From Pirellulales bacterium (GTDB lineage Bacteria; Planctomycetota; Planctomycetia; Pirellulales; JAICIG01), in contig JBBDYJ010000012.1 in NCBI GenBank assembly GCA_040901675.1, forward strand, positions 1 through 39,998: a stretch of 39,998 bases of DNA, written 5' to 3'. Below are positions 1 through 8,568 of this stretch, one piece after another (the first letter of the stretch is position 1; each line of letters opens with the position of its first letter). The notes beneath the pieces are model-generated. The model saw only the letters and a program-made list of their open reading frames with translations. It ran no database searches and was not told where the DNA came from. The translations under genes were made by a program, and so were the position numbers.

Positions 1-64
1 GCAAGGCAGCAAATGACGTTCCCTGCTTGCCTGACACAAAAATAATTACAGGCCCTGGGGCGCG

Positions 65-2203
65 CTAATTGGCTGCCGGAAGTCCGAGCCTGCCGCCGGC
101 CACGGCCGAAGGAGTGACCTTCATCAACCGCAGGTAGTCGCCGGTGATGGCCAGGGCCTCCTGGTTGTAGAAACTGGAGGTGTCGAACACGGGCCGCTTG
201 GTGTTGTTGTTCAACTCGTCGAGCTGCTCTTCCTCCTCCTTCTCGGCGTTGACTTCCGCCCGCTCGGCCAGGTAGCGGGCCTCGTTCAGGGTGATCGCCT
301 TGCGCTTCTTCTGCTCCTGGAAGCGTTCGATCTTGGCCAGCAGCTTTTCAAAATCGCTCGACTCCTTGCGGCGCTTTAGCGACAGTTCGCCGAGGCGGCC
401 GATAAGCCCCTCGTCGACCAGGCCCGCCTTTTTGTAAGGCACGGCGTCGATGCGATTGAAGTCCAAGGCGTGGTCCAAGTCCGACTCGCCCACGTCGTAA
501 TGGGTGGTGAGCGAAGGCAGCTCGATATCGGCCAGCACGCCGCGGTTCTGCGTGCTGTCGCCGTTGGGGCGGTAAAACTGCTGCATGGTGATCTTGAGCG
601 CGCCGAGCTCGCCGGCGGTGCCGAACAGCTTGCCGCCGATATCCATCAGGCTCTGCACGGTTCCCTTGCCATGGGTCGACCGGTCGCCCACGATGATCCC
701 GCGGCGGTAATCCTGGACGGCGCCGGCAAAGATCTCGCTGGCGCTGGCGCTGAACTTGCTGGTCAACACCACGAGCGGGCCTTCCCAGGCCGCCCCCTGG
801 TCGAGATCGTCGTACTGCTGGACGCGGTCGTCCTTGTCCTTGACCTGGACGATGGGCCCTTCGTCGATGAACAGGCCGGTGAGGCTGATGGCCTCGCTGA
901 GCGAACCGCCGCCATTGCGTCTCAGGTCGAGCAGGACGGCGTCGACTTTCTTGGCGCGGAAGTCGGCCAGCAGGCGGGAGACGTCGCGGGTGGTGCTCTT
1001 GAAACCGGGGAGGCCTCGCCTGGCGGCTTCCATGTCCATGTAGAAGCTGGGCAGGTCGATCACGCCGATGCGGAAGGTCTGGCCTTCAATATTCTGGTCG
1101 ATGATGATGGCGCGGGCCTCCTGATCGACGAGCTTGATCTGCTCGCGGGTGATGTTGTAGATCTTGCGGTCGGTTTGTCCCACGCTGAGCACCTGCAGCC
1201 TGACGACGGTGTCCCGCTTGCCGCGGATCATGTCGACCACGTCGCCCAGCTTCATCTCGCTGACGTCGACCAAGGCTCCCTCGGCGCCCTGGCCCACGCC
1301 GACGATGCGGTCCTCGAGTTTGAGGCGTCCGTCCTTGTCGGCGGCCCCACCGGGAATCAGCGCCTTGACCACCGTGTAACCGTCGTCGTATTGGAGCTGC
1401 GCGCCGATGCCCTCCAGGTTCAATCGCATCATGATCTCGAAATTCACCAGGGTGCTCGGCGACATGTACGAGGAGTGCGGATCGTAGGAGGCGGTCAGCG
1501 CCGACAAGTACATCTCCAGCAGCTCGTCGTGGTCGGTCTGCCGCATGCGCTTGGCGAAGTTGTGGTACTTGCGCGACAGCCGCGCACGTGGATCCTCCTT
1601 GGTCGGCGGGGCCACTTCCTCCTTGTTGTTTCCCTTGGCGGCCGCTCGAGCGCGGTCGGCTTGCTCGGCCTTCAGGACCAACAGGTCGTACTTGATCCGC
1701 TTCCGCCAGACGTCGCGAGCCTCGGCCGCGTTCTTCGGGTAGCTGGCGAGCTTCGAGTCGATGACGAGATCCTCGTCCGCGGTGAAATCGTGGTCCATCG
1801 CCAGCAGCTCGTCGACCAGCTTGACGCGCTCATCAATCCGCTCCAACAGCGTCTTGAACACGTCGAACGAAAATCGGACGTCCCCCTCCTTGATCTGGTC
1901 GTCCAACTGCGTCTCCTGAGCCTTGAACCGGTCAATGTCCGACTGGTAGAAGTACACCTTCGGCGGATCGAGCATCTTCAGAAAGGTGTTCAAGAACCGG
2001 CCGGCGATCTCGTCGTCCAGCGGGTGGCGCAAGAGGTGATCGTCCTTCATCAGGTTCAAGACGATCTTCGTCACGTTGCTGTCTCTGGCCGTCGGGGCCA
2101 GCTCGGCCCGCGCGGTTGGGGCCGCCAGGGCCACCATAGCCAACAGGAGCCATACAAAATGGCGGGGCAGAGTGCGAGCGGCGGGCGAAACGGATCGGAT
2201 CAT
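65..2203 (-). CDS. prc: Carboxy-terminal processing (tail-specific) protease, peptidase S41A with PDZ domain
   Basis: Signal peptide ending PTARA; DPHSSY, LEGIGAQL (PDZ), DLRRNGGGSL, catalytic SASASEIFAG and THGKGTVQ motifs. Start set at ATG 2203 (MIRSV), downstream of AAGGGAAG. Confidence 0.93.
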   Translation of the reverse strand: MIRSVSPAARTLPRHFVWLLLAMVALAAPTARAELAPTARDSNVTKIVLNLMKDDHLLRHPLDDEIAGRFLNTFLKMLDPPKVYFYQSDIDRFKAQETQLDDQIKEGDVRFSFDVFKTLLERIDERVKLVDELLAMDHDFTADEDLVIDSKLASYPKNAAEARDVWRKRIKYDLLVLKAEQADRARAAAKGNNKEEVAPPTKEDPRARLSRKYHNFAKRMRQTDHDELLEMYLSALTASYDPHSSYMSPSTLVNFEIMMRLNLEGIGAQLQYDDGYTVVKALIPGGAADKDGRLKLEDRIVGVGQGAEGALVDVSEMKLGDVVDMIRGKRDTVVRLQVLSVGQTDRKIYNITREQIKLVDQEARAIIIDQNIEGQTFRIGVIDLPSFYMDMEAARRGLPGFKSTTRDVSRLLADFRAKKVDAVLLDLRRNGGGSLSEAISLTGLFIDEGPIVQVKDKDDRVQQYDDLDQGAAWEGPLVVLTSKFSASASEIFAGAVQDYRRGIIVGDRSTHGKGTVQSLMDIGGKLFGTAGELGALKITMQQFYRPNGDSTQNRGVLADIELPSLTTHYDVGESDLDHALDFNRIDAVPYKKAGLVDEGLIGRLGELSLKRRKESSDFEKLLAKIERFQEQKKRKAITLNEARYLAERAEVNAEKEEEEQLDELNNNTKRPVFDTSSFYNQEALAITGDYLRLMKVTPSAVAGGRLGLPAAN

Positions 2204-2491
2204 CGAGACTTCCCTTGTTGATGAACTGGGACTTGTCCGTGGAATGGTCAGGGCAAGGACGGTCGTCTGGCGGCGGGGCTGTCGCGCATTGCCTTGTGAG
2301 GCTGAGGCCGTTTTTGGCCGGAAACTGCCCCAGGAGTCAAGTATCGTCCAGATTGCAAGTGCCGCAACCAAAATAACTTAAACCAAATGTACGCGTTTGC
2401 GGCGTCAAAATCAACCCCAGCGGAATCGCCGGCCGGCCTGCTTCGCGGCGGGGCGGACAACGGGCTATCCAAAGCCAACGATCCCAAGGCC

Positions 2492-3277
2492 TTACTGAGG
2501 GCAACCCGCCACGCTGCCGGCCAGGCCGAGCACTGCCGCGGCCACCAGGCTGTCGGGACCCAGGTGCTCGGCCACCAACCAATTATAGGTCGGTGCCAAG
2601 GCGGCCCTGGCATTTACGTTACGCCGCAGGCGCTGGAGCAGTTCGCCGCGAAACAGCAAGTGGGGCTGGACGACCACCCGAGGAAAGGGCAAGCCGGCGG
2701 CGATTTCCAGCGCCCGCTCGATCGACGGCTCGGCCATGGAGAGAAAGGCCAGCTCGAGCCAGCCGAGCGGGCGGCGCTCGAACCGCAGGCGCGCGAAGCG
2801 GGCCATTTCGGCGTTGGCGTCGGCGTCCCGGCTGCCGCGGCCCACCATCAACAGCAACGTTTGCCGGTCGCTTGCGTGCGGAGCGGCAGCGATCGCCTCG
2901 GTGCACCGCTGCTCGGACAAGCTCAGGATCGCCGGATGACATCCCAGGTGCGAGCAGTAGCGGACGCGCAGGCGCGGGTGGCGGCGGGCCGCGGCCGCCA
3001 CCGCCCGCGGTATGTCGCGCTTGGCGTGGCCGGCGGCAAACAGCACCAGGGGCACGACGGCCAGTTGCTCAGCGCCGCGGTCGACGGCCCGGTCCACCGC
3101 CACGGCGATGGAGGGTTCGGCGAGCTCCAGAAAGCAGCCTTCGACCAGGCCGGCGGGGCGCATCGCCTGCAATCGTTGGATCAGCAACCAGAACTCGGCC
3201 ACTCCATCGGCATCCTGGGTCCCATGCCCGACGACCAGCAGTGCCTGGCTTTCAGCGGGGACGGACGAGGGGGTCAT
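2492..3277 (-). CDS. cbiX: Sirohydrochlorin chelatase, CbiX/SirB family (two-domain)
   Basis: LLVVGHGT, CFLELAEPSI, PLVLFAAGHAKRDIP, and second domain VGRGS / AFLSMAEPS / PHLLFRG. Start at ATG 3277; the longer ORF extension overlaps the opposite-strand gene. Confidence 0.85.
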   Translation of the reverse strand: MTPSSVPAESQALLVVGHGTQDADGVAEFWLLIQRLQAMRPAGLVEGCFLELAEPSIAVAVDRAVDRGAEQLAVVPLVLFAAGHAKRDIPRAVAAAARRHPRLRVRYCSHLGCHPAILSLSEQRCTEAIAAAPHASDRQTLLLMVGRGSRDADANAEMARFARLRFERRPLGWLELAFLSMAEPSIERALEIAAGLPFPRVVVQPHLLFRGELLQRLRRNVNARAALAPTYNWLVAEHLGPDSLVAAAVLGLAGSVAGCPQ

Positions 3278-3324
3278 TCGATAGTCTCGCGATCGTTCGG
3301 GATGCGATCCGGAGGCGCAGTTCA

Positions 3325-3353
3325 ATGCAACGCTGATCCTGACTGGATATAAT
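3325..3353 (+). promoter_or_regulatory. Possible sigma70 promoter for the FHA-domain gene
   Basis: TATAAT at 3348-3353 with ATGCAA 17 bp upstream, in a GC-rich background; CAGGAG at 3375-3380. Confidence 0.4.
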
Positions 3354-3394
3354 AACGGCGCCAGGTATCTGTTGCAGGAGTTTTCCCGCCGCTG

Positions 3395-4534
3395 GTGTAC
3401 ACCTATCTCACGATCACCGTCGGGCGTGACGCGGGCTCGAATTACCTGCTCGACCCGGCCCGCGAGACCCGAATCGGCCGTGGGGCCGAATGTGCGGTGA
3501 TGCTCGCCGACGGCCTGTGCTCGCGGGTGCACGCGGTGATCGCCCGCGAAGACGACGCCTGGCGTGTCCGCGATGCCGGGAGCCGGAACGGCACCTTCGT
3601 CAACGGCCAGCAGGTCGACCAGGCCGTTCTGGCCGATGGGCACCATCTGCGAGTCGGCTCGACGGAGTTCGCCTTCCGTCAAAGCGAGCAACCTCCTACC
3701 GTCGGCCCGCTCCGAGCCGCCAACGTCAGGCAGACGCTGATCCGCGACACCAAGGTGGGGTTGTCGGACAGCGAGAATTTTGCCCTCTCGACGATCCAGG
3801 ATTCCGAGCAGGCCAAGGAACTGCTGCTCTTGTACCAGCTCAGCATCAAGCTGCTGTCGTCGAGTCACGCCGACGAGTTGATGCGGACCGCGCTGGACCT
3901 GCTGCGTGATTCGACCGGCGCATCGATCGTCGGCTTCCTCTGTGCCGGCGACGACGGCCGGCTCAAGCCCATGCTGGTGATGCCGGAGGAGTCGGCGGCC
4001 CAGGTTTCGCTCAGCGAGGATTTGAGCCGGCTGGTGTGCCGGGAGGGGCACGCCGTCTGGATCGCCAACCAGCGGCCGGCGATGGGCAGCGACGCGTTCG
4101 AGCACTACGCCGATGCGCTTTGCGTGCCCTTGGTCTCATCGGGGACCGTCTTGGGGGCGATCCACGTGTACCTGGAGCAGGGCCGCTTCCGGCAGTCGCA
4201 CTTCGACTTTGCCATCTCGGTTGCCAACATCACGAGCGTGGCCTTGGCGCGGGCCCGGAAAGAGGAGAGCCTCCAGAGCGACGTGGCCCGGCTGAAGGCC
4301 AGCCTGCCCGGCTGCGACGCGGCCGGCGACCGGATCGAGGAGGGCGATTTGGGCTTGCGCGAGGCCGAGGCGCCCGAGATGGAGTCGTTGCGGATCGATC
4401 ACTGGGAGCAAAAGCTGATCCATCTGGCGCTGGCCCGCACGTCGGGCAACGTCCCCGAGGCGGCCCGTCTTTTGGGCATGGGCCGCGCCACGCTTTACCG
4501 AAAGATCGACGAGTACGGGATCTCGCGGAGATAA
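3395..4534 (+). CDS. FHA-GAF-Fis-type HTH protein (sigma54 activator-like, AAA+ domain absent)
   Basis: FHA motifs IGR, SRVHA, SRNGTFVNG; GAF (ALCVPL...LGAIHV); C-terminal GNVPEAARLLGMGRATLYRKI. No GESGTGKE or GAFTGA motif. Confidence 0.85.
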   Translation: MYTYLTITVGRDAGSNYLLDPARETRIGRGAECAVMLADGLCSRVHAVIAREDDAWRVRDAGSRNGTFVNGQQVDQAVLADGHHLRVGSTEFAFRQSEQPPTVGPLRAANVRQTLIRDTKVGLSDSENFALSTIQDSEQAKELLLLYQLSIKLLSSSHADELMRTALDLLRDSTGASIVGFLCAGDDGRLKPMLVMPEESAAQVSLSEDLSRLVCREGHAVWIANQRPAMGSDAFEHYADALCVPLVSSGTVLGAIHVYLEQGRFRQSHFDFAISVANITSVALARARKEESLQSDVARLKASLPGCDAAGDRIEEGDLGLREAEAPEMESLRIDHWEQKLIHLALARTSGNVPEAARLLGMGRATLYRKIDEYGISRR

Positions 4535-4539
4535 CGCCG

Positions 4540-4818
4540 ATGGACAAGCGCAAGCCTTCACGAAAGTGTTCGAGCATGAACGAAGAAGAACGAGCCGAAG
4601 AAGCGGCGCGGAGTAAGCGGCTGAAACTGGCGGCTGCGGTCGAGAGGGCTGTCCAGGAATCCGTCCGTGAAGCCTTGATCGATCATAAACGGGCCGGGAA
4701 TCCGGTCGCGTTCTGGGAGAATGGCCGGGTGCGCTGGGTGCCCCCGGAAGAGATCGTGATCCCGGATTTGCCGCCCAAGGATGAGACCGGCGACAACGAC
4801 CCGCCTTATCCATGGTGA
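4540..4818 (+). CDS. Small hypothetical protein (possible antitoxin-like partner of zeta-toxin-like ATPases)
   Basis: ATG 5 nt after the upstream stop (alternative start 4576); AVQESVREALIDHKRAGNPVAFWENGRVRWVPPEEI resembles, from memory, small proteins encoded beside COG4185-like ATPases. Confidence 0.6.
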   Translation: MDKRKPSRKCSSMNEEERAEEAARSKRLKLAAAVERAVQESVREALIDHKRAGNPVAFWENGRVRWVPPEEIVIPDLPPKDETGDNDPPYPW

Positions 4819-4894
4819 ACGCCGCCTGTCTTGACGCGGGCGCGGGCTGGGGTCTTGAGTTGCGGGGCCGACTTTGTGGCGCGCGGCTGGGCAG

Positions 4895-5971
4895 TCAACC
4901 ACCCGCAAACCAGCTTGCCCGCCGGTTGCCAAAGGCGCGCGTGTTTTTCCAGAGAGCGCTGACGTGCCCGATGTGCTGAACGAGGCTGGGGACGGGATAA
5001 TAAATCGGTATCCCCTGGTGCAGCGCCCAGCGGCCGATGACCGAGTCGATGCTTGCCAGGCCGTCGGGGGTCGAGCGGTGCCTGAGCACTTCCGAGTCGG
5101 CAAGAAACTGTTGAGCCGCCTGGCGGCTGAACACGAAAGCCTGGGCGGACCACACATAGAGTCCTTCGAACCGGTACCATCCCGGCTGGGGTCGGACGTA
5201 GGCGCGCGAGCAGAACAGAGTCGCCAGGCCCGGCGGTCCAGGCCATAGGACCCGCTGCAGGTAGTCCCGCGTTTCCGGGAAAGGGGCGAACAGCGCGTCG
5301 TCCTGCACAAGCAGGAAGGCCTCCGCATCGGGTTGGCGCATCAGCAGCTCGGCCAGCGCAAGATAGTAGCTTGGCCAGGCGCCCATCCGCGGATCGCGGT
5401 GGGTTCGCGGCCACGCCAGGAACCGTTCGGGGATCGAAACCTCGCCGTCGACAAACAGACGCGGCTGGGGAAAGCCAGCGACGGCCATACTCTCGAGGCA
5501 GGCTTCCAAAGTCGGCTCCGCCCGCGGCGCCGTGGTAACGCCCACGGCCCAGTTGCGGACCGGCGAGCCGCGCCGCCGCCGCGGCCGCGGGACCAGTTGT
5601 TCCAGCCCGGCCGCCTCGGGGTGCGCGGTGGATTGCGGCGGCGACTCCACGAGATCCTCGTCCGACGGGATGTTTTGGACCGCGAGCCGATTGAGCTCGA
5701 CGGCCCTCTCGCGCGTGCACCCCGGGGCGCCGCCGCGCGTGATGATCGCGGAGGAGAGCTGGTAAAGAAACGAGGCCACAACGGGGTTCAGCTCGTCGGC
5801 AGTGGGTGCAAACGACTGGCAGCAAGCCTGGCAGGCATCGAGTTGGACCACGCACAAGGACGCATCTTGCAGGCCCGACAGTTCCTCGAGCAGGCCGCAG
5901 TGCGCAGCGGCGGACGCGCCGGGGGCCGTGCACCGCCGGAACGGGCAATGATCGACCTGCCGCGGTTCCAT
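4895..5971 (-). CDS. Cys-rich N-terminal domain plus GT-A-like glycosyltransferase domain
   Basis: GAGGAG upstream of ATG 5971; WAVGVTTAPR, LLVQDDALF (DxD-like), SIDSVIG and YYPVPSLVQHIG motifs; paralogous to the N-terminal half of the upstream gene. Confidence 0.7.
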   Translation of the reverse strand: MEPRQVDHCPFRRCTAPGASAAAHCGLLEELSGLQDASLCVVQLDACQACCQSFAPTADELNPVVASFLYQLSSAIITRGGAPGCTRERAVELNRLAVQNIPSDEDLVESPPQSTAHPEAAGLEQLVPRPRRRRGSPVRNWAVGVTTAPRAEPTLEACLESMAVAGFPQPRLFVDGEVSIPERFLAWPRTHRDPRMGAWPSYYLALAELLMRQPDAEAFLLVQDDALFAPFPETRDYLQRVLWPGPPGLATLFCSRAYVRPQPGWYRFEGLYVWSAQAFVFSRQAAQQFLADSEVLRHRSTPDGLASIDSVIGRWALHQGIPIYYPVPSLVQHIGHVSALWKNTRAFGNRRASWFAGG

Positions 5972-5981
5972 GCAATACTCC

Positions 5982-8138
5982 TCAGGCAGGCAACGGCGAA
6001 ATCGCAAGCGGCACGAGACGCTGCTTGAGGATCTCGCGGGCCCGCTGCCATGAATGCTCCCGCTCGATGTACTGCCGCGCCCTTCGACTTGCCTCCTCGA
6101 TATCCGTCTCGTAGAGGGACTCCAGCACGTGCACGAGATCCCGCGGTTCCATCCGCGGCGACATGATCGGCTGGTCGGTCAGATAGACGATTTCCATGTC
6201 GCTGGCCGGTATCGCGGCCAGCGGCTGGTACTCGTTCATGGGAGGCGCATCGGTGGTCACCAGGGGCATGCCGGCCGCCTGGCATTCCAGCAACTGCAAG
6301 CCGATTCCCTCCCAATGGGTTGGTTGCACGCAGACGTCGCCGCGGCTATACAAGGCGCGATTCGACTTTGGGGGCCGCAGCACCTCGACGTTGGCCGGCA
6401 TCTGGGGTATGTCGCTGGCCTGTGAAATCACCGTTATCGGCAAGTGGCCAGCGCGCCAGGCGGCCTCGGCGACCAGCTCGATGCCCTTGCGGGTATACTC
6501 GGTCGCCGCCCCGCTTCGACGCCGCGCATGAGGACCGCCCCACCCATTCACGAACAGGAAGCGGCGACAGCGGCGGCGCAGGCAGAAGCGAAAACGCTCC
6601 GTAGGCACCGGCCAAGGCACGTAGACGCACTCCCATCCGAAGCCGTAGCGGCGCTTCCAGTCGTTCATGAGCAGCCAGGTATGGCGGGTGGGACAAACCA
6701 TGAGGTCAACGTACTCGAGCCACTGCGAGGTTGGGCTCGTCCATTCCCAGTTGGGGATGCAGGCCACGTTCACGTCGCGTGCCCATGCCGCCCGCGGCAG
6801 CCGCTCGATGGGCGGAGTTTCGGCGAACAAGATCCAGTCGAGCCCGTCGAGCCAGGCTTCGAGTTTCTGGCCGGCAATCCCGGATGCAACCAGATCGAAT
6901 CGACAGCGCGTGCGTGGGCGGGGCAAGGGCACAAAGTACGGATGAATCGGCGCCAACCAGCGGTCGATGGGCAGGTGCGATTCGATGTCGCGGACCAGGT
7001 ATCCCAGCCCATTGAGGGTGTTCCAGCCGACCAGCCCGATCCGCCCAAACCGGGGAGTCGGAGGCTTCCACCGGGGTATCTCTTCGACCGAATCGACTGC
7101 CTGGGCAAACAACCGTGGCCCGGGCGTCAGACCCCAACGGGCCGATGCGGTGCCGATGTGCTGCACCAACGACGGCGTGTGATAGGCGATGCCCGTTTCG
7201 TGTCGCGTGGCCCAACTGCCGACCATCGAATCGTCGTTGTACCGGCGCATCCGCAGCTCGTTGAGGACCATGGGGTCGGCCAGGAATCGGCAGAGAGCAT
7301 CGGGCCGGAAAAGGAAGGCTTGCCCTCCATGGGTGCGAAGCAGTCCGGGACGGACGACCCGCCAACCGCGCTCGAGGGCGGCGTGGGCGCTGGACGTGAA
7401 CAGCGATACGACGGCCTGGCCCAGCGGCCACAGTTGGCCGTCGCACCAGCTTTTCAGTCCTTCGGCGGCCAGCACGTCGTCCTGAAAGATGCAATAGCAG
7501 CCGGCATGGGGATCGAGGCGATACAGCGTGGCCAGGGAGGAATAGAAGTTGGCGAAAATGCCGAGCCGCCGGGGATGGAGGGCGACCGGCCAGGGGGCTG
7601 CCTCTTCGGGGATCAACGAACCGGGCTCGGCGAAGACATGCACCCGGTCGAAGCCGGCTCGGCGCAGGCTGGCCATCGACCGGCCAATCGTGGGCACCGG
7701 CCGCGGCGCGGTGAGCAAACCAACCATCCATCGGCGTCCGCCTCGGCCGCCGTCAGCCGCGGTCGCCGGTTGGTTGCCACCGGCGAGCACGGCGGGTCCT
7801 TCGGGAGGAAACGAAACATCGGGCAATTCAGACAAAACCACGGCCAGGTGGCTGGCGACCCGCGCCTCCAGTTCGCGGGCCCGCGCGACGGTGCAGGCGG
7901 GGTCGCCGCCGCGGCGGATGACCTCCACACTGGCGTTATGAATCAGCGAAGCAACCACCGGATTCAAGGCATTGGCCGGGGCCAGCGCGCGGCAACAGGC
8001 TTGGCACGTCGGGTAAGCGACCGTGCTCAACTTCGCATCGTCGATTCCCGTCATGCCGCGGACCAGGCCGCAGACGGCCAGCCCGTCACCGCCCGGCAGC
8101 ACTTGCCGGTAGCCGCATTGTTCAGGAGAGAGGTTCAC
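5982..8138 (-). CDS. Cys-rich domain plus GT-A-like domain plus GT4 (GT-B) glycosyltransferase
   Basis: GT-A-like IFQDDVL and HTPSLVQHIG; C-terminal GT4 signature KGIEL...DVCVQPTHWEGIGLQLLECQAAGMPLVTTDAPPMNE; GTGA overlap with the upstream stop. Confidence 0.8.
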   Translation of the reverse strand: MNLSPEQCGYRQVLPGGDGLAVCGLVRGMTGIDDAKLSTVAYPTCQACCRALAPANALNPVVASLIHNASVEVIRRGGDPACTVARARELEARVASHLAVVLSELPDVSFPPEGPAVLAGGNQPATAADGGRGGRRWMVGLLTAPRPVPTIGRSMASLRRAGFDRVHVFAEPGSLIPEEAAPWPVALHPRRLGIFANFYSSLATLYRLDPHAGCYCIFQDDVLAAEGLKSWCDGQLWPLGQAVVSLFTSSAHAALERGWRVVRPGLLRTHGGQAFLFRPDALCRFLADPMVLNELRMRRYNDDSMVGSWATRHETGIAYHTPSLVQHIGTASARWGLTPGPRLFAQAVDSVEEIPRWKPPTPRFGRIGLVGWNTLNGLGYLVRDIESHLPIDRWLAPIHPYFVPLPRPRTRCRFDLVASGIAGQKLEAWLDGLDWILFAETPPIERLPRAAWARDVNVACIPNWEWTSPTSQWLEYVDLMVCPTRHTWLLMNDWKRRYGFGWECVYVPWPVPTERFRFCLRRRCRRFLFVNGWGGPHARRRSGAATEYTRKGIELVAEAAWRAGHLPITVISQASDIPQMPANVEVLRPPKSNRALYSRGDVCVQPTHWEGIGLQLLECQAAGMPLVTTDAPPMNEYQPLAAIPASDMEIVYLTDQPIMSPRMEPRDLVHVLESLYETDIEEASRRARQYIEREHSWQRAREILKQRLVPLAISPLPA

Positions 8139-8461
8139 TGTTCCCCCGTGCTCATGGGGACGGCCTCCTTGATCAGGGTCTGGTTTTCATAAGCTCCGTT
8201 GAGGCTGGGGGGCACCGGCTCGTATCCGGGGCGGCTGAGATCCTCGTGCAGTTCCCAGCGGCCCGATCGGTAGACGTAGATGCCGTAGCCCGCGGGGGAC
8301 GACGACACGCCGCCGGGCCTCACGGAGGATCCGTGCACGATTACGGTGGTTACGATCAACCCTCGCTTCCTGATGGCCTTGATATCCAAGGCCATCGCGA
8401 GAACGGCAACGGTGGAAGCAACCGCTGCCACGGCGGCGACGATCTGAACGGCGTGGTCCAT
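8135..8461 (-). CDS. Small N-terminally membrane-anchored hypothetical protein (108 aa)
   Basis: AAGGAG SD before ATG 8461; hydrophobic N-terminus (IVAAVAAVASTVAVLAMAL); stop overlaps the next start. Confidence 0.7.
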   Translation of the reverse strand: MDHAVQIVAAVAAVASTVAVLAMALDIKAIRKRGLIVTTVIVHGSSVRPGGVSSSPAGYGIYVYRSGRWELHEDLSRPGYEPVPPSLNGAYENQTLIKEAVPMSTGEQ

Positions 8462-8568
8462 GCTCAATCTCCTTGATGATTCGGCGTGACGGCGATCTGG
8501 CCTTCGGGACATCTCGCCCACACGCCGGAAGTGTCTTGCTCGGTACCCGCAACCTGAACCGCGAGGGT

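Noticed and set aside
470..2221. Long antisense ORFs (also 2387-3352, 6444-8192, 12920-15061, 15969-18653, 21188-22786, 23452-24759, 31362-32822)
   Set aside because: Shadow frames of well-supported genes in high-GC DNA, with no recognisable motifs.
2345..2372. Sigma54 promoter or TTGC-N7-GCAA operator upstream of prc
   Set aside because: GG-to-GC spacing is 11 rather than 10 nt, and the 4-bp palindrome arms are too short to support a call.
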